A stretch of 64,000 nucleotides of DNA from Lama glama (taxonomy: Eukaryota): positions 29,450,001 through 29,514,000 of the forward strand of contig CM052840.1 of assembly GCA_028534125.1 (NCBI GenBank). Direction: 5' to 3'. The position numbers and the translations under genes were made by a program. Shown one piece after another: positions 13,031-24,200 of the stretch. Positions within the stretch are counted from its first letter, which is position 1; every line of letters starts with the position of its first letter. The notes under the pieces were generated by a model. That model did not search any database. It saw nothing but the letters and a program-made list of their open reading frames with translations, and was not told the DNA's origin.

Positions 13031-14852
13031 TTTCCGCAGCTTTTAAACCCCCATTTCTTCTGAATCACAGCCTTCAAGGCAACGCCTGCTCTCCAGAAGC
13101 CCTGCAGCGAGCATGCCGTTCACATTTAATTGGGCTTCAAGAAACTCAGACCTGCACCACCCAGAGGTGCAGCGCTTCCGGGCCTGTGGGTGCATCTCTT
13201 ATACCGGGGGCTCTGGGCAAACTAACTCCCACCTTCCCCCAGGCGATGCTCTGCAGGAAACAGCCTGTGGTCCTCGCAAGGTGTCCGTTACCCGGTGTTT
13301 GGGTGTTTCTGCTCATTTCCTCCTGTATCTGCTTCCCTGAACACCTGATACTTCCTGGTGTGAGGCCAAACTGTCTGGGATCCATTATTGCCGGTGGCAG
13401 AATCCTTAGTGACAGCCCTGCCTGTCCCCCTTGGCCCAGCATCCCGCCCCCTCCTTCCCCTGCGGTGACCCTCAGGGCATGTGTGTGTCTCTAAACAGAG
13501 TCCACAAAGCCTGAAATGACTTACAGATCGCTTTCCAGACGAGGAACAGGGCCAGGAAACAGCCAGCTGGCGGCAGAGTGACGAGCCCCCAGGCCACCGT
13601 TGCTCCTCAGATCCACTCTGTCCCGGCCTGTCCTTCTCTGTGCCCTGTGCTGGCGGCGTGGTGATGCCTGTGGATACGTGGGGAGGCCCCCAGCTGCAGG
13701 CCTCATGGCCCTGTGAACCACGGGTGGCACACTCTCGGCCTGCTTTCTGCATTATGTCCCTGTGAAGAGTACCAGAGATTGTCCTGCGTGTCAGCAGGAC
13801 AGGATGTCCTCGGCTTACTCTCCTGCAGCTCCAGAGCCAGAAAGGGGGGTGTGGAATGGTGCAGACGTAGCAAGAGTCAGGTGGCAGCCGCCCTGTCCTC
13901 CTGGAGGGTACAGGGTCTTTAGTCCTAGGGAAAACCAGGGCTGCGCTAGCGCCTGCCCCACCCCGGCCTCTGCCCCGCTCCTCCGCTCCCCAGATGCTCG
14001 CTCCTCTCGGGCTGCCGTCCTGCCTGCCGCTGTAAGGGTCTGGATCAGCCCTTCCCCAAAGTCCCCGTCAAAACACTCATCTCTTTAGTCAAGGTGTTTG
14101 GAAAGCAGTCTGATTAAATTGCAGGACAGGCTGCTTTCAAAGTACAGAGATCTGCTGATGAATCTTGAATGTCTGGGGTGCAGCCCCTGACCGTGGGCAC
14201 CACCTGCCCTCTCGTTAGCTGCACGTGGCACTTGGGCTCGAGTGTGTCCCAGGCATTTCTAACCGCATTTCTTCATGCTGAGCTGAAAACCTGTGCTTTT
14301 ATTGCACCGTTGCAGTTACTTCCGTCTGCCTACCCCGCCCCACCCCGCAGTCCACTTGCTCATTTCACGAGCTTCTGTAAGTAGCTTTTCTCTGGCCACC
14401 TTTGCCTCCTAAAGAACCCTTACGGTGCTTCCGGGCCACGATCTGCCCTTCTCTCTGGAGAGCAGCCCAGCGCTGCGGGCTGCCTGCCCTGCCGCCACAG
14501 GGGGAGCCCAGGGCAGGGCGCTGGCTTGTGCTGCCCTGCGGAGAGCTTAGCTGCCTCCCTCCATTCAGAAGCTCCTTCCTTGTGTGAAAGGCACTTTGCA
14601 ATTATGCATAGTGACCCCTTAACAGAAACCCTTCAGCTCTTCTCTGGCTGCGTCCTAAATGCCTTTCCTCTTCCCCTCAGAAGATTTAGGAAGGCCTCCT
14701 GTGCCAGCGCACACAGCGTTATGTAAGCTGCTCCATGGACTCACTCTGAGGAGTTTACCGTCCAGTCTAAGTCTATCTCACTGACGGGACCTGGGCAGCT
14801 ACTGCAGGGCGGTTTTATAGGTCACTTTTTTTCTCTTTTAAATAGAGGCCCT

Positions 14853-15000
14853 GGGCGGGGAGGGTGTACAGCTCGGCGGTAAAGTGCGTGCTTAGCATTC
14901 ACAAGGTCCTGAGTTCAGTTCCCAGTGCTGCCATTAAAATAAATAAATAAACAAACCTAATGACCTCCCCTCCCCCCCAGAAAGTTTAAAAAAACACAAA
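14853..15000 (+). mobile_element. tRNA-derived SINE, camelid type (Vic-1-like)
   Basis: G-rich head, A-box-like cagctcggcgg, B-box-like gagttcagttcc, tail aataaataaataaacaaacctaatgacctcccc plus A-rich end. Inserted at a TTTT/AA site with an imperfect target-site duplication (taaatagaggccct / taaatataggggcgct). Confidence 0.85.
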
Positions 15001-15249
15001 GTAAATATAGGGGCGCTGGGTGGGCGGGATATGTCTTCCCTTACATCATACCACCCCTCGACCTAGTGTCCATCTGTCCAGCTCAGGCGAGGAGAGAGGA
15101 GATGTGTTACATCCCCTGGCAACTTCCTCCATTGAGGTGGAGGGCTGGGAAGGGCTCAGAGCCGAGGACCCTCTAAAAACCTCGAGGTCTGTAACCACAG
15201 TGGACTCGGACGGACAGACTCCCCCACTTACAGTGATGATGGTGATGAC

Positions 15250-15462
15250 TGCTGCCATTGGAGGACCTACTATGTGCTCAACCCTGTGCTAGCACTTAAA
15301 GTAAGTTACCTGATTTAGTCTTTCCCATAACCCTAAGAAGTAAGTGTTTAATTCTATTTTGCAGGCGAAATAAAAATGAGACTTTTGACCATTAAGCCTC
15401 TTGGCATGCAGACCTCATTGTAGAGTCAGGATTCACACCCAGATCTGTCTGATTCGAAAGCT
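15250..15462 (-). mobile_element. MIR SINE
   Basis: acctactatgtgc...ccataaccctaagaagtaag...ttttgcagg...gagtcaggattcacacccagatctgtctgattc. Confidence 0.7.
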
Positions 15463-16304
15463 GCCGCCTAGTCCCCTGGATGTTGGCTCCGGGTGGACTG
15501 GGCCCTGAGACTGACGTGGTGCCCGCCCGCTGCTGAAGCCAACGCAGTCTGGAGGCCAGAGGCTGATGGGGAGGGGGGGGGAGCCAGTTTCTCCGGAGCC
15601 TCGGATGTGGGGGGGCTCTGGCGACGTCGTCTGGGACGTCCCTCAGCCGCCCATGCATGATGAAGAGAGTGACCGCCAGCCACTCTGTGTCTGACGCCGC
15701 GGAGCCGGAAGGTGCCGGTGCAGACACTACACGTGTCAGGTCAGCTTGGTTGTTTTAACGCCTGCATTCGTCTGCTGTGCACTCAGCCTTTGTGGTTATT
15801 CATGTCGCAGGGCTGCCCACCCTTCATTTATTAAAGAGACAGATGGCAGGGGTGCGGAGCAGAGCGGGAGGGAGTCCGGCTGTGTGCGGGTCCGGGCTCT
15901 GGGTCATGGTGGGCTGAGGGTGGCCTGGCAGGGGTGGCCCCGGAGGACAAGGGGCCCTGGCAGGCTCAGTGGGTGGAGTGGGTGCCTCTCCCATAGGACG
16001 GAGGTGAGGTCACGCACTCGTGGGCTCCCTGTTCTGTGGAATCAGAGAGTCCTGGCAGGAGTGGGGTGTTTTGAAGAAGACGCTGAGGGAGGCCATGAGA
16101 AAGGCTGTTAGACGTGGTCCTGTTTCTCTGAGTAAAGGTGAAATGTGGGCACCTTATAACCAGATCAGAGCTGAAACGTCGCTGCCCTGCCCACGGTTCA
16201 AAGGCAGGGAGTCCTTCTGGCCGGCTTTCCACCGGGAGGAGAGGCTCGGTGTCACACGTTATCACTGACACCCGCCCCGTGGAAAATAATCATTCAGGGG
16301 CTTC

Positions 16305-16436
16305 NNNNNNNNNNNNNNNNNNNNNNNNNNNNNNNNNNNNNNNNNNNNNNNNNNNNNNNNNNNNNNNNNNNNNNNNNNNNNNNNNNNNNNNNNNNNNNNN
16401 NNNNNNNNNNNNNNNNNNNNNNNNNNNNNNNNNNNN
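16305..16436. other. Assembly gap (132 N)
   Basis: Run of N. Confidence 1.
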
Positions 16437-17090
16437 CCCTGCCCTGACTTGATAGAACAGAACCCTCTCACTTTGACAAGTTGTCTCCGTTAACAAGGAG
16501 GCTGGTCGGGGGAGCGTCGGAGGCTGGGACCTGGGCTCCTGGGTGTGTGCCGGTCCAGTCCGCCGGCAGACGAACGGCACCGTCGTGGGCTTCGGGGACG
16601 CAGCTAACCCCAGCACACCTGCTGGCCGAGGGCCGCCTCCGTTTTACTGGAACTCACTTTGCGTGATTTAATTGTCTTGGATGGTATTGGGGGCTGGTGG
16701 GGGCACCAGGGAGCAGAGCTCCGACGCTGAGCTGCTTTTTCTGGTCAGAATCCCGCCCCCAGTTTGGAGAGAGGTCAGAGTGGTGATGGAAGCTTTGCCG
16801 GGGCCCCAGAGCACTGGGGGGGGGTCTGCTCCCCCAGGGACTGTCTGCTGTCTCCGCTGTGGCCTGACCGAGCCGCAGTGCTGGGTCCCAGGTCAGTGCC
16901 TCTTAACCTTTCCGGTCTCAGATCTGCCTCCCCAGAAAGATGAGCACCATGCGTGTACTTCTGGGGGTTCTGGAATCTCCGTGTCCTTGCGAGACCAACT
17001 TCAAGTATTACAATCCAAGGATCGTGCCCTCAAGGGACCCAAAATCTAGGAAACAGAGGCGGGGTCCTTAGTGTTAACGGAGCTCTGTGA

Positions 17091-17276
17091 CAGGCCAGCC
17101 TCGGCACTGCTGACATCTGGGGCCAGATAACGCTTTTGGGGGGCATCCTGTGCATCGTTAGATATTTAGCAGTGTCCCTGGCCTCGATCCACTGGGTGCC
17201 AGGAGCCCACGCCCAGCTGTGACCATCAGAAATGTCTCCAGACATTTCCAGAATCACTCGCAGTTGAGAACCTCTG
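17091..17276 (-). mobile_element. MER20 (hAT-Charlie) DNA transposon
   Basis: cctcggcactgctgacatctggggccagataa...cctgtgcatcgttagatatttagcag...aaatgtctccagacatt...gttgagaacctctg matches the reverse complement of the recalled MER20 consensus. Confidence 0.88.
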
Positions 17277-18829
17277 TGATCGAGGTGCAAGGAAGGTGCT
17301 CAGCCCCAGTCTGGGTGGGGGCGTCAGGGAAGGCTCCCTGGAAGAAGAGGTGTGGCGACCAAACCAAGGAACCCCCTTTTGTTTGTCTGGTCGTTGGCTT
17401 TGTTCGGCGTTTTATGGCTAGAGCCCAGCCCGGCGTTTGGCATGGAGATGCTCAGCACGTGCTCACAGGCTGGTGAGCACATGGGTGAGGCTGGGGACGT
17501 GTGGAGGACAGGGAGCAGGTGTCCCAGGAGAGGGCCCAGCACCGAGTGAGGGCACAGGGCGCAGGCTGCCCCGCCCCTGTTCTGTGCGTGAGGAACAGGA
17601 CTGTGGCTTCGCAGCTCTGGTCAGGAAGCATCCCCTGCTCTGCAGACCCTTCAAAAGTGAAGTGTGTGGGCGGCTGCCTGGAGTGTCTCATAAAACCAGG
17701 CACCTTCCTGGCGGACCCAGGAGGGTTTTTTCGGCCTTGGACTATGTCTGAACATAGCGCTCTGAAAGTCACCACTGTCGTTTGGAGTCGGGAAAAAGCT
17801 GTCACTGCTTTTCCCTCCTGGCTCTGGTCCAGGGTCCTAACCACGGAATCGGGGTGCAGGGTTCGGCCTGAAGCCCCTGGAAAGGAGCTCACCACCCCTC
17901 TGGGTCCCGGTCCCACATGCAGGTTCGTGTCGCCTAGACTGTGTCTCCCCTCCTGCTGGCCCACCCACTCCCTGCGTGGCCCAGTGGCTCAGTCCTCCCC
18001 CTCCGCCGGCTCACCGTGTATCCGCCCCCTCACAGATGCGAGGGGAGCCCGCGTTCTGCAACCTGGAGGAGCAGCGTGGATGCAGCACAGCCGCGGTGAG
18101 GGTGTCCACGAGGGCCACACAGGGAGCGCTGTCAGGGAGGCAGGCACCCTGGGAGCCCCGAGGAGCCTCACCTGAGAGCCCACCCAGTGGGGCTCGTCGG
18201 GACCCTTGCAGGGAAAGGGTCACTGGGAGCTCTGGCTTCCGGAGTCTGCGATGGAGAATTTTATTACAGCTTTTTTCAGTGTGTTAAAGAGTCTCGGTCC
18301 AGTAAAATTTAGATGTCTGCCTTCCAGGGAGGATCACTGTGGTCCCTGGTAAGAAGAGTTTGTCATGGCCCAGAAGATGCAGGGAACCTTTAGCGTGAGT
18401 TCCTGAGCGCCACTGAGAGTGTTCATGGTGTCAGGGGAGCCGTTGCCCCCTGAGTTGTGTCTGACTCGGTGGGAGGGGGGTGTCTGGCAGGAAGACAGAG
18501 GGTCCTGCCTTTGATGCCCGCAGCGGGGCCAGAGCCTGGTTGAGGCACCCGCAAGAGTGGAGCTCACAAGCCCGCGGAGTCGAGCCGGACGCCAGCGGCA
18601 GGAGAGACTGGCAGCCTGGCAGCTGCTGGCCCTGAGAGGCAGAGGCGGGACTGAGACAGGAGGTTCAGGAGTTGGGGTGGGGCTTGCGGGAAAGTCTCCC
18701 AGAGGAAGTGAGCTGGAAAGATGGGGTAGCTGTGTCTTCCTGCCCACCTGTGAACCCGCAACTCCCTCGAGGCAGGACCGGTGTGGCAGGTGGGCGACTC
18801 CGTGCCCAGAGGACGCGCTTGTGCAGTGG

Positions 18830-19290
18830 GCTTTACTGAGGACCTGCTACACCCTAGGCAGGTGCTAGACGTTCAAGGATGGATAGCATTTGTTCTCTGC
18901 CCTGGAGGCAGACACGTAAGGAAGTGTGGACAATATCGGGATATGGAAGCTGTGCAGGAAATGTGTTATGGGCTCCGGCAAGGACCCGACGACAGGACGA
19001 GGCTAGGTACCCTGCGTCCTTCCGGGACACATTTGCTCACTCCATCAGGTAAACGTTTCCTGGGCTGTGGGGTGGAGGTGCAGTTACGTAAGAAGTGTTG
19101 TGTCTGGTGAGGGGGACGAGACCAGCAGGCACGAGTGGTTGCTGCAAAGGTAGTATGTGCTCCTTGTCAAGAGTAGCTCAAATGCCAGATGTTCGGTAGT
19201 GTGAAAAAGTGATTGCTATGGTGGTCAGGGAAGGCTTCCTGGAGGAGGTGTGACTGGGCATTGAAGCATAGGTAGGAGTCACACCAACAG
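18830..19290 (-). mobile_element. L2 LINE fragments
   Basis: tttactgaggacctgctac...caggtgctag and gtggtcagggaaggcttcctggaggaggtg motifs. Confidence 0.6.
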
Positions 19291-21519
19291 GGATGGCCCT
19301 TTAGATGGGAGCAGTAGGAGATGGAGCAGGCAAAGGCATGGTAGCGTGGATGGCCTGCCCTCTGACTCCCTGGGCTGGGATGGGGGAGGGGTCTGTCTGA
19401 AGCCACCTCTGCCACCCCGCAGCCTCCAGCCTGGGCCTGGTGTTCCTGTACTAAATTCTCTCCCCAGCGCGGTCCCCAGTTCAATTTCCCAGTGGGGGAG
19501 GGGACACACACAGACATCAATTCAGTCAAGTCTGTTCACCCTGGTCCCCAGGAGCCCTGGCCCGCTGTTCCCATGGCAACTGACAGCCGCAGGAGCACAG
19601 ATTGCTGGGGGAGGCAGCCCTGAAACTGGAATCCCCCAGCTGGGGGTGCATAAGGGAGCTGCTTCCTGTAACGGGGAGTGGAGGTGATGGGCAGGAAACC
19701 TCAAGGGCCGAGGGGCCCCCATTGTCCTTTGAAGGAAAAAACAAGGATGTGCTGACTGCAGCCGGACCTGGGCACTGGCAGCAGGTCCCCGTCTCTGCCC
19801 CATCCCTCCTTGTGAGCCCAGGACGCGCCCTCTGCATCCTCCTCATTAATGATGGATGACCCCAGGGAGTGGGGGCAGGCTCACCAGCTGCTGGGGCCTC
19901 CTGCCCCGAGCTGGGCTGGGGTCACTTGCAAGGAGAACGTGGCCCAGGCCACCAGCAGGCTGATCCAGGCTGTGGACCAGTCCCGGGATGGTGGCCTTGA
20001 GGGGTGGTCAGCCACATGTCCCTAAGAAGAGATGCCCACTGAAAGGTATCAGCAGCTGACTGGGAGAGGAGTCTGTTCCAGGCTCTGTCCTGTCAGAGGC
20101 TTTCTCACTGGAAACAAGATCAGTCCTGCAGAAGGGGCCTGCGTGTTTCCAGAGGAGGCCGGCCAGGCCCTGAGGGCTCCCTTTCCTGGTCCACCTCCTT
20201 CTCTGGAGAACCTCCCCTGGCCCAGCGTCGCCTCGACCCGGGACCCCCCCAGGCCAGCCTCTCCAGGGCTCAGGCCTCCTGCTCCGGCCTTGTGGGTTCA
20301 GGATGCTCCTTTGCACAGGGAGGAAGGTGAACAAAAGCAGAGGACACTGCAGTTGCATGTCCACCCCAGGGCACTTCGCGGCTTAGCCCTCTGGGCCCTC
20401 ATGGCCCACGCCCACTCTCTCCCCAGCCCCTGCCTCCAGTCCAGGGACTCCAGCAGACGGGTTGACCTCCCCCAGCAGCCCTGTCTGAGCCCTGCATGTG
20501 GGTCCTGGTCCAGGCTGGACCGTACTCTGCACACAAGGCCGTCTTTCCCTCGCGCCCATCTCTGCCCTTCTAGGGGGCTGCAGCAGAAGGGAGGCCTGCC
20601 GGGTTCCCCCGAGAACCCTGACACCGTGGGGGCCGTGGGGGTGGGGCGGAGGCTGGGGCTCCACGCTGGGAGGACGCGTTGTCCTTGAGCTTGCGGCCCT
20701 GCGGACCTGGACCCTCCTGGGGAGACTGCTCCCTGGAAATTTGGTTCCATCCGGTGACCTTCAGCTGTCGCCCGGGGCTCTGGCGGCTTGGGCGAAAGCT
20801 GAGAGAAGGCCTGGTGTCTCTGCTGCCTCCTCCAGACCCTCCCTGGCCTCGCCCTAAAGTGGGGCCAAGGCTCTGCAGAGCGACCCCAGCCTCGGCCCCG
20901 CCTCGTGGGGACCCTTGGCTCCTCCGGTGCGAGGCAGCAGGTGGGGGCGGGACGGGGGCAGGAGGAGGTGTGTGGGGCCGTGGAGGAGAGGGGTGGGTGG
21001 GGCCGTGGAGGAGAGGGAGGGCGGCCAGGGTGCACGGGATCTGCTTGGGCCGAGCTGGTTCCCAGGCTCTGTGTTGGGAGAAGGGAGCTCTGCGTGCACC
21101 GATTCCGCCCTGGTCCGGAGCACGGCCTCGGTCTTGGCAAGCGGGCAGCACAACCGGCCTGCCAGGCGCTCTAGGAAGGTTCGTCTGAGGCCAGAGGATT
21201 CGCAGGTTCCAGGACTGGGGCAGAGCCCAGTGGGAAAATGAGCACCCTCGAGGAGGCGTCAGGCGGAGCCTCGCCCGCCAGCCAGGCCGGGGCTGGCCGC
21301 GGCCCCGCGGCCTGGAGATGGGGAACGCTGGCCTGGCTCGCGGCCCACGCCTCCTGTCTCCTGGCAACCCTGCACCCTCCTGGCAGCCCTGCACCGCATT
21401 CATTCCACCGAGCAGGATGGGCCGCTCCTGTGACCTGTGAGGTGGACGGCTCCGGCATGTCTGTTGGGAAGGGCCTCCCGGCGCCCAGCGCTGTGTCCTT
21501 GTTGTCGTTTATAGTTTAT

Positions 21520-21720
21520 TGTGGAAAAAGCGTGGCCTCCAGAGTCACACTTGGATTCAGAGTCCCAGTTACCACTCGCACTGGCTGTGTGACCTTGGGA
21601 GGTTAACAGGCCCCTCTGAGCCTGGCATCTGGGAAGCGGGGTAGCTGCCTACTCGCCCAGGGCTGAGGTGTTCAAGGACCACGCGTGTATCGGGGTTCAG
21701 CGCCACACTCAGCACGCACA
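21520..21720 (+). mobile_element. MIR SINE
   Basis: agagtcacacttggattcagagtcccag...ctggctgtgtgaccttggga...cctctgagcct. Confidence 0.65.
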
Positions 21721-23314
21721 CCGAGGATGTCCCGTTCCTTTCCTTCCCCTTCCTTCCTGCCCGGGGGACACTTTCTGCCCCCCAGCAACTCCAACAAGTC
21801 TCCATCAACGGCAGGAGTCCTCCCCTTCGTGGGAAGTCTTCTTTAAGACGGACCTCTCCTCCTTGCTTCGGTGGTGCGCAGCCCCGGGGGAGCGCCTCGA
21901 CCTTTGTCTAAGCCTAGTCCTTTTGGTGGTAGTGGGACCATCCTGGAGGTGCTGGCGGCAGATGGGCTGAGCCTGAGGGTCCTGGGGGTGGGCAGCGAGG
22001 TTCGAGGGGGTCTGTGAGTACAGAGCTTTTCAGAAATGGGAGTCCTCCAGGGAGGAGGCGGGCGGGTGAGGCGGCTGTCAGCTTCGACACAGGAGCAGAT
22101 GCTCTGCGTGCGGGGCCGGGCGGGCGAGAGGGAGGTGTGAGCGACCTCCACAGGAGAGGGCCCCCTGCCCCGGGCAGCCCTGCATGGCCCCGCCCCCGCC
22201 CCTGGCCTTCTCCCTATCCCCACCCCCAGGGCCCTCCCTCAGGCCTGGCCGCCTCCTGCACCCCCTAGCGTGGCTCTGGCACCCGCAGGCGCTGTCATCT
22301 TGACCAGGTCACAGCCACGCCTCTGGACCTCAGTTTCTCCTTCTGCCAAACCACGCCTAGGGCTCCCGCCAGCCTCCATCTTTTATCATGCACCCTCTTC
22401 CAGCTGTCCGCACAGCCAGACTCGGCCAGCAGTCCAGTCATCACTGTCCAGTGCCACTGTCCTGTTTGACCAGTGAGAGGGCTGAGGCTGGAGATTAAGT
22501 GCCTTGTGAACGGCCCCACTACTGGCTAGTGGGAAAGCTGGCTCGGTGCCCGTGGTCCTGTCATCTGTCCGTGCCAGGCCCAGTCCTCTCTCTCGTGGCT
22601 CAGCGGGCTTAGGCTGCACCCTTCCCGAGCCTGGGCCAGGCTCTGCTGTGGGTCAGGCTCAGGCCTGCCCTTCCGCTGGCTTCAGGCCAGTGGCCGCCAC
22701 TTCCAGAGCCCCTCCCTACGCCCCTAGCCCCCAACAGGAGCTCCAGCCACGGCTGTGCCCCCGAGGCTGGCCCCCTGTGCCAATGGTCAGGGTGGACATC
22801 AGCAGCTTCTCGGGGGACAGTTGGGGCTTTGGAGGCAGCAGCAGCCTGTCCATCTGGCTTGTCCACTTGCTGAGCTACAGCCACTCCCAGAGAGCCAGGT
22901 GGGTAGTCTGCAGAGGACCTGCAGCGGTCAAGGTTGGAGAGCTCTGAGGGCTCTGCAGCCGGGAGCGCTGATGCCTGGAACTCCTGTGCTTTCTAATCAG
23001 GCCCCCAGCGAGACTGACACCTTTTGTCACTTGGCCTCTGGTAGGTCCTGGGAAAGGCAGTGATGCCGGCGGCTCAGGGGCGGCACACGAGTGAGAGTGG
23101 GCAGTGCTGGCGGGACCCACCCTCACCTTGACGGCCACCGACGCGCATGCTGTGCCCCAGCCGTTTTCTGTCCAACCCACTCTGGGCCCTGGGAGCCTTA
23201 AGATGGGCCCCATCTGCAAAGCAGGTTTGCTGAACTCAGTGCACCAAAGGCAACACATTATGGGAAGAGCCGAGGCGCCGGTGTAGAACCAGCCAGTGGG
23301 CTGGGCAGAGTGGC

Positions 23315-23462
23315 CCAGGGGGACTTCTGGGCGACAGAGACGCACCCTGTCTGCTGCCGTGGTCACCAGCCCAGGCGATGGTGCGGCCGCGGAGCCGCTG
23401 AAGTGTAGCTGATGCAGCTGAGAGGCTGAACCTTCGTTTTAATTTAACTTCAAGTAGTTTCA
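23315..23462 (+). mobile_element. MER3/MER33-like hAT relic
   Basis: gaagtgtagctgatgcagctgagaggctgaaccttcgttttaatttaacttcaag parallels the recalled MER3 core; strongly GC-shifted. Confidence 0.45.
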
Positions 23463-23467
23463 ATATA

Positions 23468-24200
23468 GAAGGATGCTTGACATTGTAAGTCATTAGGGAA
23501 ATGCAGGTTAGAGCTACAGTGAGATTCCACTTCACAGCCACTAGGATGGCGATCATCAAAAAAAAACCAGTAACAGGCGTTGGAGAGGACATGGAGAAGG
23601 TGGAACCCTGGCACACGGCTAGGGTGGGGCGAGATGCGGGGGCCTGTTTGGAGAACAGCCTGGAGGTTCCTCAAATGTCAGAGTTACTGTGAGGCCCCGG
23701 GGGCACTCTCGGCCTACATCCAAGAGAAATGGAAACATCCGTCCAGGTGAAAGTTTGGGTGTGGATGTTCATAGCAGTTTTATACATAAAACGGGCAAGA
23801 CATGGGGACGACCCAAATGCCCATCAGATGATGACGGGGTGAGTGAAATACGGTGGCTCCGCACAGTGGAAGCTTACTGCGCCGTGAACAGGCGTGCCAC
23901 GCTGACGCGGTGTATGAGGGAGCCTTGGCAGGGAAGGGGCCCATCACAGAAGTTGCCATGTTTACCGTCCCGTTCATCTGAGGTGTCCAGAACGGGCAAC
24001 GCTGCAGAGACAGGAAGCAGACGGGGTGGCCAGGGGCTGGGCGAGGGGACGATGGGAATGATGGCTGATGGGTCTGGGGTCTCTCTGGGGGGTGATAAAA
24101 ATGTTCTGGAATTAGGCAGTGGCAATGGTTGCACAACTTTGCAAATGCGCTAAAAGCCACTGAGTGGAACACTTGGAAGGGGGCTGCGAAGCCTTGTGGA
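23468..24200 (+). mobile_element. LINE-1 (L1MB-like) ORF2 end plus 3' UTR
   Basis: gtcattagggaaatgcag...ccacttcacagccactaggatggc...acccaaatgcccatcag...ggtgataaaaatgttctggaattag...ggttgcacaac. Confidence 0.88.

Noticed and set aside
14853-14935. tRNA-like A and B boxes
   Set aside because: Head of a tRNA-derived SINE with a SINE tail; no intact cloverleaf.
15657-15745. Possible alternative first exon MMKRVTASH... ending at cag|gtcagc
   Set aside because: Weak donor, phase 2 is incompatible with exon 2 (needs phase 1), and there is no promoter signature.
20971-21020. Local duplication of gtggggccgtggaggagaggg
   Set aside because: Two-copy slippage duplication with no further structure.
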